A stretch of DNA of 58,525 bases, the filler included, from Basidiobolus ranarum (Eukaryota), in NCBI GenBank assembly GCA_040143965.1. It is 6 parts of 6 records of this genome, joined end to end, with 100 filler letters (N's around TTAATTAATTAA, not from the genome) between each part and the next. Parts side by side here need not be neighbours in the genome. Positions count along the whole stretch, not along the records: positions 39,135 to 48,787 come from JASJQH010007672.1; positions 48,888 to 58,525 come from JASJQH010007673.1; 4 more parts are not named here. One strand, given 5' to 3'. Positions within the stretch are counted from its first letter, which is position 1. The number at the start of each line of letters is the position of its first letter. Both the position numbers and the translations under genes were made by a program. The notes below the pieces were generated by a model that saw only the letters and a program-made list of their open reading frames with translations, was not told the origin of the DNA and did no database searches. This document shows, piece by piece, positions 40,382 to 53,732 of this stretch.

Positions 40382-40998
40382 CTTTTAAACCAACTGGAGT
40401 TTTTAATCTACTGTGATTATGAATGAAATGTGACTAAAAATGCTGGTATTGCTAATGGTATGTCAACAACAGATGGAGTGTACGTGGTTTGGAAAATTAG
40501 ACGTGTATGAAGGTGAAGTAAGAGAGCGTCAATGAGTAAATGCGAAAAGAAATTTACTTAGAATAAACTTCAAGCTAGCTTTCAGATCCAATTGATGGAA
40601 CTGAATTTCCATCTATTTGAGATCGATTCATTCCAGTATTCTCTCTCCTACTTGCACTTTTCTTAATTGGTCTATTTTATATGGAGTGCAGGTGATAGGA
40701 ATTGCATAGGTAAGTATCCATTCAATGACATACAAATACAACTTTCAAACATTGTGTGCGCAGACATCAACCATAGAAAATACACAACCTCAAGTACAGT
40801 CGAACCAACATTTGATGGCTTTCTACTCTATTGTCAGGTATACAAAAGATGTGATTGAGATCTTTATTGGTAGTGTTCTCCGGGGCTATATAATGATTTA
40901 CCTCAGTATACCTAATCTAAATATTGAAATGCTGCTTGAACTGGTATAGCAACATGCTGATTCTCAAACATTGAGAGGTTCTATACCAACCTAAACTT

Positions 40999-42804
<1,806 letters not shown>

Positions 42805-44059
42805 GGTGTTTGAGATTTGATCAAGTGGAGCTGTAAGGAGTCGTTCAGTTAGGGAGGGTATGAATTTAGATATCTAACATAGGAAAAGTTAGGACTGCAT
42901 TTCTTGTAGCATGCAGATTAGAAAATGCAGATTACAACTAGCCACAAAATCAATTTTCTCGAGTAACTTCGGGGTTCCATTATCCCAAATAACACCATTT
43001 TTGTATTTGAATCCACACCTGTCCTGAACAGGCATAATTTTATCGTATTTGATATTATGTGCAGCTTTTAGTCGATAATTGTTTAACAACAGCTAACAGC
43101 CAGGTGATCAGCCTCTATTCCCTAGAGCAATACCAGCACAAAAAAAGAAAACAGGGGCCAACTGATAAGAAAAAGGATCTGCTTCCCCTATAGCTCTTTT
43201 TATTAAGCCTGCACTGAGCCTGCATCGAACCGGCCGCCTTGGCTATATTCTACGCAGCGACAGCACTGTGTATCGAAACGCATCGAGCCACTCGGCCATG
43301 TCACGCCAGTGTCAAGTGATGTTTCAAGGTCAAACTGTGGCACAACCGCAACCGCAATAGCATATATTACTAATCCTTATAACAGCCTCAACAACGAATA
43401 TTTCTATGGTGCATTTGACCTGAAAGCGATCACTCGAGTCAAAGTTGAGCGTGGGGAGCGGTCATGTGGGGTTAGTACCATCTGCACCATTTGCTATTCC
43501 TGCATCGATCTAAGAAACTGGGTGACTTATTAGGAAATCACCCCAACGCAAGTGATATGTAGAGTGCCAAGATCATTTATTTAACAATTTATGTGTTCTC
43601 TCATTTAATTAATTAGATGGGTCAGCAGCACGTCCGTCATTCGCCAAGAATCTCTTCATACGAAACATCCATTCTTGATCACAGTCAGAAGCCATTGTTT
43701 CGATGACCAGATTAGTTGATTCTCGAATCCTAATATAGAAGTTCCAAGATTGTAACTAATACAATTTCTATCCAATCCAGGCGTTTTCATTGACTTTCAG
43801 TGGGCTTGATTCACTGGTCGATTTCCTCTTACCCTGGCCTTGATGTATATAAATCAATATCTAATGGAGATTAGCCACTTGAGATTCGTTAGGTACCGAT
43901 TTTGTAGCGCTTTCTGTTCAGATTTTCTCTTCGCAGACACCACAGTTAGTTATTGGTGTTTTTCTGCTGCTCATTGAATCTGCGCTTTTCTCTTTGTTTA
44001 TCTTTGCGTATTTCACGGCTCGTGAATTTCTTTACTTCATAATCTAATCACATCTTCCC

Positions 44060-45047
44060 ATGGAGCTACAAATCCAATCCCCTGCTCTCAATACTCCACT
44101 GTCTTTTGATGCAGGCGTATTCGCTGCAGCCGCCGCTGCTGCTGCAGTGAGCATGGACAAAGAGGAAACTCGCAATAGGCTTTCGGGGTACCTTCGTAGT
44201 TCTCCTGTTGGGAGGCTTTCAAAAGCCCTTTATTCTGGAGCTACATGTGCAACCTCCTTCATATTGACTTCCCTGGGCAGTCTATACAAAGGGAAAGTAT
44301 CATTTCCTAAACCTATACCCAGTTTTTCGGCTCCTATTCCTACTACAGAGAAGAAGACATTAGTTCTAGATTTAGACGAGACTTTAATTCATAGCATGAT
44401 GAAAGAAAGTGGCAAACCTCATTTTCAAGTAAACGTCCCTTTTGACAAGCAAAGTTGCATCTATTATGTTTATCAACGTCCGAATGTCTTTGAATTCTTG
44501 CATATGGTTAGTACGCTAAATGTGACTCTGAGAAAGCTACCAAGTGATGACTAAAGTTGATTTGCATGCTAGGTTAGCCAATGGTACACGCTGGTGATTT
44601 TCACTGCCTCGGTTGCGGAGTATGCCGACCCTATTATTGACTGGCTCGAAGACCAAGTTATGGCTAAATACGGATTACATTCGGAAATATTTGCCAAGCG
44701 GTTGTACCGAGAGGTAAATTGAGCTTAGTATTCACGTTGTTATGGGTCTTTAGTAATGGGTTTTCTTCTAGGATTGCACCTACCGCAACGGTGTCTTCAT
44801 GAAGGATCTAGCCATTGTTGACTCTGATCTTTCCAACGTTTTACTGGTGGACAATTCTCCCTTCTCCTATGCTATCAATCAGAACAATGCTGTCCCCATT
44901 AAGACGTGGATGAACGATGACTTGTACGACGAGTGTTTATCTGATCTTATCCCATTTCTTGACGCATTGAGTGGAGTTGAGGATGTCCGTAGCATATTAA
45001 GTCTTAGATCCCCATCCCCTCAATCCACATGCAAATCCGCAATCTAA
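44060..45047 (+). CDS. NEM1: Nem1/CTDNEP1-like HAD phosphatase (FCP1/SCP domain); exons 44060-44506, 44573-44713, 44772-45047
   Basis: KKTLVLDLDETLIHS, YYVYQRP, VSQWYTLVIFTASVAEYADPIIDWLE, KDLAIVDSDLSNVLLVDNSP. Confidence 0.85.
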
Positions 45048-45392
45048 GCCGCGTTATTATACATATATTAGTCTCTCAAAAACTGTATTTATTAATTTAC
45101 TGATCCATCATTCCCGCCTCCATTGCTACTGATACATACTCCTTTTTGACTCTTACCTAATCTTCTGATATTCTCTCCATTTGGTGTTTATATTGGATAC
45201 GGAATGCTCAGTTTTGCCTTCCAATTGCTCTTAAGCTAGTTAATAAAACTAGTGCAGAAACATTGCGATAAATCCCTTTTGGCATCATCCAGTTTCACAG
45301 TAGACTATTGGACAGTTAATACAATAAGTCTCATAAAGCTTGGCTGTTATTACTCCACTTCCACTGGTTGTACTTGACTTTTTACCTTCACT

Positions 45393-45780
45393 ATACTATT
45401 TGAGCAACTGGCGGAAAACCCGATCAACTGGGTACTTCTACTTGGTACTTTCTACGTAATGTATTCTTGTTTATCCAACGAACAAGGGGAACTCTCTCCA
45501 CCAAAACATCCCGAAACTACAGTCTTCAAATCCTACACTCCGAGGGAATTATCAGTATTTGATGGGATTGCAAGTCCAAAGATTTTCTTGGGTGTCAAAG
45601 GAAAAATATATGACGTTACAGCCGGAAAAAAGTTTTATGGGCCTGGTAAGTGCATAGTAAATTCCACGGCACTTTGCCTGTATATCCATGTTTTTGTAGA
45701 CGGGCCTTACGGTAACTTTGCTGGGCGTGATGCTAGTCGTGGTTTGGCCAAACATTGATGAGATGTTTTCTGAAAAGTAT
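45393..45780 (+). pseudogene. DAP1: Dap1/PGRMC1-like cytochrome b5 heme/steroid-binding protein, probable pseudogene
   Basis: TM segment NPINWVLLLGTFYVMY, then YTPRELSVFDG...YDVTAGKKFYGP|DGPYGNFAGRDASRGLAKH and an immediate TGA (frameshift before DEM...), so the C-terminal half is missing. The expected start reads ATA (45393). Confidence 0.75.
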
Positions 45781-46130
45781 TTGTATGTAGGAACCTTAGT
45801 AAATGAAAAATAAGAACCTCAGTAAACTTGAACTATTTCTGATGTTTAGTTCAAGATATATTTATTCTTGTATTCCTTTGCCATATAATCGTGAGGGTAT
45901 CAGTCAATGGCTTATTAATATACTACAAAAATTTGGAAGATTTGTTCGAGATCAAGATGCTCCTTGGATGATATTTGAACTCGCGAGATAACCTGGAGTT
46001 AAATATCTACATGTTGCTACTCGCCTGTAATTTCTCCCTCGAGCCAAACGCGTCTTGTATCTAAAAAGAGGTATATCATGTCCCCTAGCTTCTAGTAGAG
46101 TCGCAGCTGGAACTGCTTTTACCATACTAG

Positions 46131-46560
46131 TATAACAGTTGATTTTATCACCGAGGATGAAGAGTTGATTGCTGTTAAAGCTCCAGAAGAGAAACATCAT
46201 GCGAATTGTTCACAATAACTATATAGATCTTGAACACACTGGTTTCTCCATCTATACTTGTCAAAATAGCCTACATAACAAATCTCCACATCCAGGTGCT
46301 TGTGATTGTTCTCTTGCATGCTCCACATACCACGTGATACTTCCAAAGAAATATTCCATGTTAGAAGACCCGTCCGAAGAAGAAAACGATGCTAGCCTTT
46401 GGGTTAACTGATACGAAAGTGACAGATTCCAATTATCGCTAGAGGCTTGCAGTCTGCTTACACACCGTTGCTTAGCTCTAGACTTGGTTGCCAAATCATA
46501 ACGGGGTCGGAGCTTGATGGGATTATCTGCAAAATACCGTCAGTGACCCGTAGTATTTCG
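46131..46560 (+). pseudogene. YAH1: Mitochondrial [2Fe-2S] ferredoxin (Yah1/adrenodoxin) pseudogene
   Basis: Fragments ITVDFITED..., HNNYIDLE, GACDCSLACSTYHV, EDPSEEEND, AFGLTD and SRLGCQI lie in shifting frames. One ligand Cys is Tyr (46328), the MLDL segment is deleted, and the donor reads GAAAGT (46415). Confidence 0.85.
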
Positions 46561-46760
46561 CAACTTCAATGTTTGTCGTTGTTGGTCATTTCATGTAACT
46601 TTTTCCTCATCAACCCTGCATCCAATGGACCGTGCAGTAGGTTGACAATTGATTTACAATTCAACTGATAATCAGGTATTTACCAAGATGCAGATTAGAT
46701 GGATAATATGCGGATATTATTTATATTGGGGTGGAGTGCTTAGATTCGGAATTTGTCAAG

Positions 46761-47434
46761 ATGTCCAACACAGTTTATGACTTTTCAGCTACTACTGCAC
46801 AAGGGAAAACCATTCATTTTTCCGAATTGAAAGGTAGCGTCGTTATTTTTGTTAATGTCGCCTCCAAGTGTGGTCTCACTCCACAATATGAAGGCCTTGA
46901 GGAGCTTTATCAAAAGCACAAGGAACAAGGACTCATGATCTTCGGATTCCCCTGTAACCAGTACGTATAGTCCGTAAGTTGAACTTTACCGGTGTTGTGC
47001 CTAATCTTTTATACTTGTTGAAGATTCAAGGATCAAGAGCCTGGTTCTGAGGAAGAGATTCAGTCTTTCTGTCAACTCAACTACGGCGTGACTTTCCCAA
47101 TCATGAAGAAGATGTATGGTTCTTCCCTTTACATGCACGTAAAACATATCTAACCACCTTTATATCTATGGAAGTAATGTTAACGGTGACGAAGCCCACC
47201 CCCTCTACAAATTCTTGAGTTCTGGAAAGGCTATTCGTTGGAATTTCGAGGTAAACTACCAACACAACAACACTGTAGAAACCATATTTACTTATGTCTG
47301 TTTGTTAGAAATTCATCATTGATAAAGATGGTAAATTAGTCGCTCGCTTTGATCCCAAGATAAAGCCGGAAGGCATCAAGTCCACAGTTGAATTCCTTCT
47401 TTCTGAGTCAGGAATTCAAAAATCTAAATTATAG
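46761..47434 (+). CDS. Cys-type glutathione peroxidase (Gpx/Hyr1 family), 4 exons, C-terminal SKL
   Basis: [49 protein letters not shown]; ends GIQKSKL*. Confidence 0.93.
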
Positions 47435-47666
47435 AATAGGATTAGATTTCGTTTTAAATAAATCCATCGATTTTGCTATGAATATTTGATATTTCATCTT
47501 GTGACTTCATGAAAAAAAATACAAGATCGTGTCTAAAATTAAACGATTCACTTCAATACGCAAATAAGAATATAATAATTCTTCAAGATACTGGAGTTCA
47601 CTCCAAGCTATACAGAAAAGGGAAACCCTCACCTCACAACTTCTCAATTTTACTCAATTTTTAAAA

Positions 47667-48787
47667 ATGGGAAAGAGTGGTCGTAGTGCAAATCCAACCG
47701 ATACATATCGTAAGTGTTCACCCTAACTGCGCTATCTACTGATCTATGTTGAATGTTGTTTGTTCACAGGGAAGCAAATGAAGCAGAAAGAGCTCAAGCG
47801 TGTAAGTAGAAGGAGTTATATTCACGATCACCTCATCACTCACGTAAATAACTATTTCTCTCCTTTTAGAACAAAGAGGAAAGAAAACGATTACGGGAAG
47901 TTGGCCTTGCTTTAAAAGATACGACAAAGTTGGAGATAGATTTATCCAAATATAAAAAACTAGGTAACTTTAGACATCCCTTGTTATTCCAACCAAGACA
48001 CCGACCAAACAATCCTTGAAATTTAGAAAAGGATGGAAAACTAGATAAAAATGGAAAGAGTAAAATGGCGGAGATTGAAGCTGAGATTAAAAAGATCCAT
48101 GCCGTTAAGAAGGTTTGTTTCTATTCAAGAGAGCTCCTGTTTTTTCTTACCTAACACTACTTTCAGGAACACGGAATTCCGATTAAAAGGTATTTAGAGG
48201 ATTTTTCATCCCTTAGAATTTTCACGTGTATTGAGTCTTGCTAGTCTCCCAAATCCTCAGGATACACCATCTTCCTCTTTTTCACAAACCTCGGGTCGCG
48301 ATCCAACCAAGGCTATATATTATCATCCCACACTCAATCCATTTGGTGCTCCTCCACCAGGTGCTCCATACGTCGAGCATGGTAAGATTTCAGTTCTCTC
48401 TTCCCTGTTCAATCACCATTTCACGAATCTTGACTAATTTTATTCAAGCTAATGAGAACTCCTTATTGAACGTGGATTACAGCGATGGTGAAGAGGACGG
48501 CTCTAATGGCAGTCAACCTGACGAAGATAATGAGGAATCCGACCCCAAGAATGCTCAAAATATAGTTTATCCACCTCCTCCACCCTCTGCTCGTCCACCT
48601 CCACACGCGTTTCAACCGTTCCCTCCACATATGAGACCTGGAATGGTTGTTCCACCACCACCTGGTATAAACATTCATTTGTACTAAACCGAATAACCTT
48701 GATAATGGTCTAACCAATCTTTATTCAGGTCAGTTTTACCCAGGCCCTCCTCCCCCAGGAAGACCACCATTCCCCCCCATGCCACCA
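47667..48787 (+). CDS. WBP11: WW-domain-binding protein 11 (WBP11/NpwBP) splicing factor homolog, multi-exon, 3'-truncated
   Basis: MGKSGRSANPTDTYRKQMKQKELKRNKEERKRLRE (Wbp11 N-terminus), RDPTKAIYYHPTLNPFGAPPPG and a Pro-rich tail. Confidence 0.8.
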
Positions 48788-48887
48788 NNNNNNNNNNNNN
48801 NNNNNNNNNNNNNNNNNNNNNNNNNNNNNNNTTAATTAATTAANNNNNNNNNNNNNNNNNNNNNNNNNNNNNNNNNNNNNNNNNNNN
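48788..48887. other. Artificial contig linker
   Basis: N44-TTAATTAATTAA-N44. Confidence 0.98.
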
Positions 48888-48888
48888 C

Positions 48889-49590
48889 AACAGATTGAAA
48901 CCGTACCGTGAAAAGATGCCTGGTGCCGATATTGGAGAACTTGCCAAGGCTGCCTACTTCGATCGTATTAATCTCTCGGCCAATGGCTTCTACAAAACAC
49001 CAGATATTGGACACGATTGGGATACGAATGAGGGCTTGATGTACTTCTACTTTACCCTTGGTATAGCTGTCTCTGAAGTGGAAATTGATGTACTTACTGG
49101 TGATCATACAATCATTAGCACGGATATCCTTATGGATATTGGTAAATCACTCAATTACTCAATCGATCTTGGTCAAATAGAAGGCGCATGGCTACAAGGT
49201 GTAGGCTGGTCTACAATGGAGGAAACTCTCTTTTTTCCTAATGGAATGCTCTTTACACGTGGCCCTGGCACATACAAAATCCCTGGTTTCCGTGATATAC
49301 CCCAACGATTCCGCGTTGACTTGTTGGATGGAGTTGAATATAAGCAACTAAAGACCATTCATGGCAGTAAAGGCATTGGTGAACCACCTCTATTCCTTGG
49401 TGCATCTGTATACTTTGCTATACGAGATGCGACAACAGCAGCTCGTAAGGATAATGGAAATACTGAAAAATTCACACTTCCGCACCCGGCTACTGCTGAA
49501 CAAATCCGAATGTCATGTGTCGATCAGATCGCCACTATGTCAAAAATTCAACGCAAAGAAGGAGAGAAACCTTGGGCTGTTCGTGTCTAG
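48889..49590 (+). CDS. XDH: Xanthine dehydrogenase, C-terminal Moco-domain fragment (5'-truncated)
   Basis: SEVEIDVLTGDH, DLGQIEG, RGPGTYKIPG, SKGIGEPPLFLG, PATAEQIRMSC. Clearly diverged paralog of the minus-strand copy. Confidence 0.95.
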   Translation, partial: NRLKPYREKMPGADIGELAKAAYFDRINLSANGFYKTPDIGHDWDTNEGLMYFYFTLGIAVSEVEIDVLTGDHTIISTDILMDIGKSLNYSIDLGQIEGAWLQGVGWSTMEETLFFPNGMLFTRGPGTYKIPGFRDIPQRFRVDLLDGVEYKQLKTIHGSKGIGEPPLFLGASVYFAIRDATTAARKDNGNTEKFTLPHPATAEQIRMSCVDQIATMSKIQRKEGEKPWAVRV

Positions 49591-50118
49591 TACACATAAT
49601 GTAATTATTCAAATCCCTACATAGTTGCGAGTATATATGGTTGTTTTCAACTAACTGACAGTAAATTTAACCAGCAAATCATGCAGTATATAAGTATTTG
49701 TTTCCTTAAACTATTCAATAAAAAGGATATTCTGTAGGTACTTTGGCTGCTAGATGGATTAATACCATTTCTACACTGCTCAACTTACTAATATCAATTA
49801 TTAAACAAATATAATAACCACAAAAAATTAAATACTTGTCTAAACCACCATATGCCCCATTATGATCCTTAAAAGCTTAAGGATCGTCTATAGATTTCAC
49901 ACACCTTTATTTAACTTCAGTTGAAAAAATAATATCTAATAGAATTATACTTGAGAAAATGGTGTAAGTGTATAAACAAGACAAATATGTTAGCCGGTGT
50001 GATCACAAATATTAGTTACGCTGTCTTCCTGCTTCCTGAAATAACTGGGAAACGTGGATAGGTTGTAGAGTACATAGGGAAAATGCGCTATTTGGATATA
50101 CTTGCTCCGCAAATATAT

Positions 50119-53100
50119 TTACACTCGAATGGCCCAAGGCTTCTCCCCTTCTTTGCGTTCGATCTTAGACAGAGTTGCAATCTCATCCACACACGACATA
50201 CGGATCTGTTCTGCGGTGGCAGGATGAGCAAGTGTAAATGATTCGGTGTTCTCATTGTCTCTACGAGCTGCGCCTACGGCATCCCTAATAGCATAGTAAA
50301 CTGAGGTGCCGAGGAAGAATGGGGGCTCACCAATCCCTTTGCTACCATGAATAGTCTTCAGTTGTTTGTACTCCACTCCATCCAACAGATCAACTCGGAA
50401 GCTTTGAGGGATATCACGGAATCCTGGGATTTTATAGTTACCTGGGCCACGAGTGAATAGCATACCATTCGGGAAAAAGAGGGTTTCCTCCATGGTGGAC
50501 CAACCAGCTCCTTGCAACCAAGCACCCTCGACTTGGCCGAGGTCGATGGAGTAGTTGAGTGATTTGCCAACATCCATAAGAATGTCAGTACTCAATATGG
50601 TGTGATCCCCAGTGAGAACGTCAATCTCCACCTCGGAGACAGCAACACCCAGAGTAAAGTAGAAGAACATCATGCCTTCATTCTTGCCCCAGACATAGCC
50701 AATGTCAGGAGTCTTGTAGTAGCCGTTGGCAGAGAGATTGACACGATCGAAATAGGCAGCCTTGGCAAGTTCCCCAATGTTGGCATCAGGCATCTTCTCG
50801 CGATACGGCTTCAATCTATCAGCTACTTGCTCACATGCTGCTTTCACTGCTTGTCCATTAAGGTCAGAGCCAGCAGAAGCCGCTGTGGGACTAGTGTTGG
50901 CTACAGTGTTGGTGGCCGTTTCATTGATGTAAACCTTCTCCAAAGGTACATTCAGAGTTTCCGCAGCAATTTGAGCCATCTTGGTATGAATGCCTTGTCC
51001 CATCTCAATACCACCATGAGTCAGAAGAATCGAGCCGTCGGTATAGACATGTACAAGTGCTCCCGCTTGGTTTAGATGGTTCACCGTGAAAGAGATACCA
51101 AACTTGGTGGGAATAATGGCAAGACCTCTCTTCTTATGCTTGTGAGCTTTGTTGAAGTCATCAACAGCACGACGTCTAGCATCATATTTGGAGCTTTCTT
51201 TTATCTTGCTCCACATCATAGGGATGTGCCAGTCGATAAGCTCTTGGTGGTAGTGAGTTTTCTGCCCTTCAGTGTACATATTGATCTCACGGAATTTATC
51301 CGACGATATATTGAGCTTTTCAGATATCTCCTGAATCCAGTTTTCACAAATGAGCATACCTTGTGGCCCACCAAAACCCCGGAAAGCTGTATTAGAATGA
51401 ATATTAGTTCTACAAGCCTTCCCTGATACTTCCATATTAGGTATCCAGTAACAATTTTCACTATGAGTAATAGCACGTTCAATAACCGCCAAGGTTAAAT
51501 CGGTTGAGTACCCTGCATTAGCATAGAGATCAAGTTTCAAGGCTTGAAGTTTTCCGTCCTTATTTACCCCAACCTTCCATTTTCCAAGGAATGAATGCCT
51601 TTGGCCAGAAAGCAGCATGTCTTCATCACGATCGAGCATACAACGAATTGGTTTTCCCAAGTGATATGCTGCTACAGCCAAAGGAGCAGAGAGTACTACT
51701 GATCGTGATTCTTTACCTCCGAATCCACCACCTAATCGTTTGGCTCTAACTACTACTCTATTTTGTGGGTAATCTAAAACTTGGGCGATAATTTTTTGGG
51801 TTTCTGTTAGGTTTTGAGTACTACTGAAAACCTCTATCTCATTGTCCTCTTTTGGAACAACAAGGCAGGCGTTAGTCTCAAGGTAGAAGTGCTCCTGTCC
51901 TCCAACTTTACTTTCCCCCTCATAGATTAAGTCACAATTCTCAAATCCCTTTTGGACATCCCCACGAGCTAATTGGCGTACATCAGGGATATATGACTCT
52001 TTCTCAATTGCCTCCTCGATAGTAAGGATGTGGGGCAGTTCTTCATAGTCAACTGTGACCATTCTAGCTGCCGCTTGTGCTTCGTTTTGAGTCTTGGCGA
52101 CAATGATTCCGATGATTTGTCCTACGAAGAACACCTCATCACTAGCGAAGATCTCTTCATCATGTATTACCGGCCCCCAAGTATTGGATCCAGGAACATC
52201 CTTAGCTGAGTAGAAACCCACCACCCCCTCAGACTCCAACGCATTCGTAGAATCAATTCTCCGGATCTTGGCGTTTGCTTTCTTGGAGGGGTCCATAGCG
52301 CCGTATAACTCACCACTGTATGATGGCATATCATCCACATAGATGGCTTCGCCAGTCACCTGCTTAAGTGCACTCAAATGGGCCACCCCCTTTCCGACTA
52401 CACTCTCAGGACGGGATGGCATCGACTGTGAAGCCTGGGAGACCTCTCTTTCGATATCCTCCACCTCATCAGCAATCTTTGCTTCTTCAGTGTCAAGACC
52501 AAGCTTGTTCGACACGTTACACCAGAACTTGTAGAAGAAACTGGCTGCAAGGGCCTTACGATACTCCGCCATTCCACCTGGAGACGAGTACTGGATGGGG
52601 AGATCAAAGTTAAGTCTCTTGACTACCTCCAAGAAGTCCTCCCTATATCCCCACTCTTTCCCTGTGATATACTCCATGGCTGACTGGGCCTGCAACGTGG
52701 TAGGACCCATTCCGCCGAATGCAAACACTGCATCTGTGACCAAGAGTTTATCATCCTTCTTCTCCAACTTCACTCGAAGTCCTCCATTGGCGATGGCAAT
52801 GTCATCGTCTTTTCTTTTGGCTTGTTTGAAAGCTTGAGTATACTCGTGCTCACCTGTGAATGGGATGAACAATGAGACCACTACTTCTCCTGGACGGAGA
52901 GCGGTCTTGCGGTAACCAAGGAAGAATTCTGTCATCTTGATAGAGCGTAGACCACCTTCCTTCGATCCAATGACCATGACTGCTCGTGAGGCAACGAAGA
53001 CAGGATTGAGATCGGAAATAGGCGATGCTGTGACAATGTTTCCACCGATCGTACCAACGTTACGGATCTGACGGCCTGCAAACCAGCGCAAATTACTGAG

Positions 53101-53732
53101 ATATGCTTTGAAGTTCTCAGTCTTTGATGGCTCATACTCCTTCACCGCTTGCTTGAGTACTCTCTCAAAGCTGGATAGAGTGATATTAGCTCCAAATGTA
53201 ATCCCCTCTTCACTGTACTCTACTTTCTTCAACTCCTCGATGTCACTCACATAAATCATCACTGGATAGTAGATCTGCTTGAATTTGGTCTCAATCCCAA
53301 CTTCAGTATTACCAGCGACAATTTTTGCATCAGGATATTCAGCTTTGAGTTGAAGAAGCTCTTCAAGCTCAAGGGGACGATACCATTTGTACTTGTTATT
53401 TGAGAAGGCCAATGGCTTGAATCCACTTTCATTCTCTTTCTCGCCACGGGCGTACTTCATGAGGCCTGGTGGGAATATGATCTCTTGGGAAGGATCGTAC
53501 TTCTTGATCTGAACTTTCTCGAACTTGTCGTTGTCAACGGCAAAATTCAGCTTGTCATCGTACGCTTGCTTATCCTGACAGCATCCCCCTTCTCTCCCGC
53601 ATCCTTTTGTCGTGACTTCCACCTCCTTTTTCTCTGCTTCTTCCTCCTGACAGCAGGATCAAGATTTTGCAGAACAACGCGAGAGCCATTGACGTAAAAT
53701 GTAAGAGCGGTGGAGTAGCGTTGTACGGACAT
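50119..53732 (-). pseudogene. XDH: Xanthine dehydrogenase with both [2Fe-2S] domains deleted and a resulting frameshift; FAD and Moco domains still open for 1167 codons
   Basis: ATG 53732 gives [26 protein letters not shown], which joins the linker CCQEEEAEKKEVEV out of frame at 53656-53654. Downstream GNTEVG, FAGRQIRN, GGGFGGKES, AFRGFGGPQG and GIGEPP are intact. Confidence 0.8.

Noticed and set aside
52231-52296. Odd stretch MDPSKKANAKIRRIDSTN in XDH where V-x-S-x-x-A-H-A is usual
   Set aside because: A short local cluster of substitutions that could be sequencing error or post-inactivation decay; not interpretable alone.
50358-53447. Numerous antisense and alternate-frame ORFs over XDH (also over the Con7 and PFK-2 genes)
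   Set aside because: Shadows of long coding sequences, with no independent motifs.
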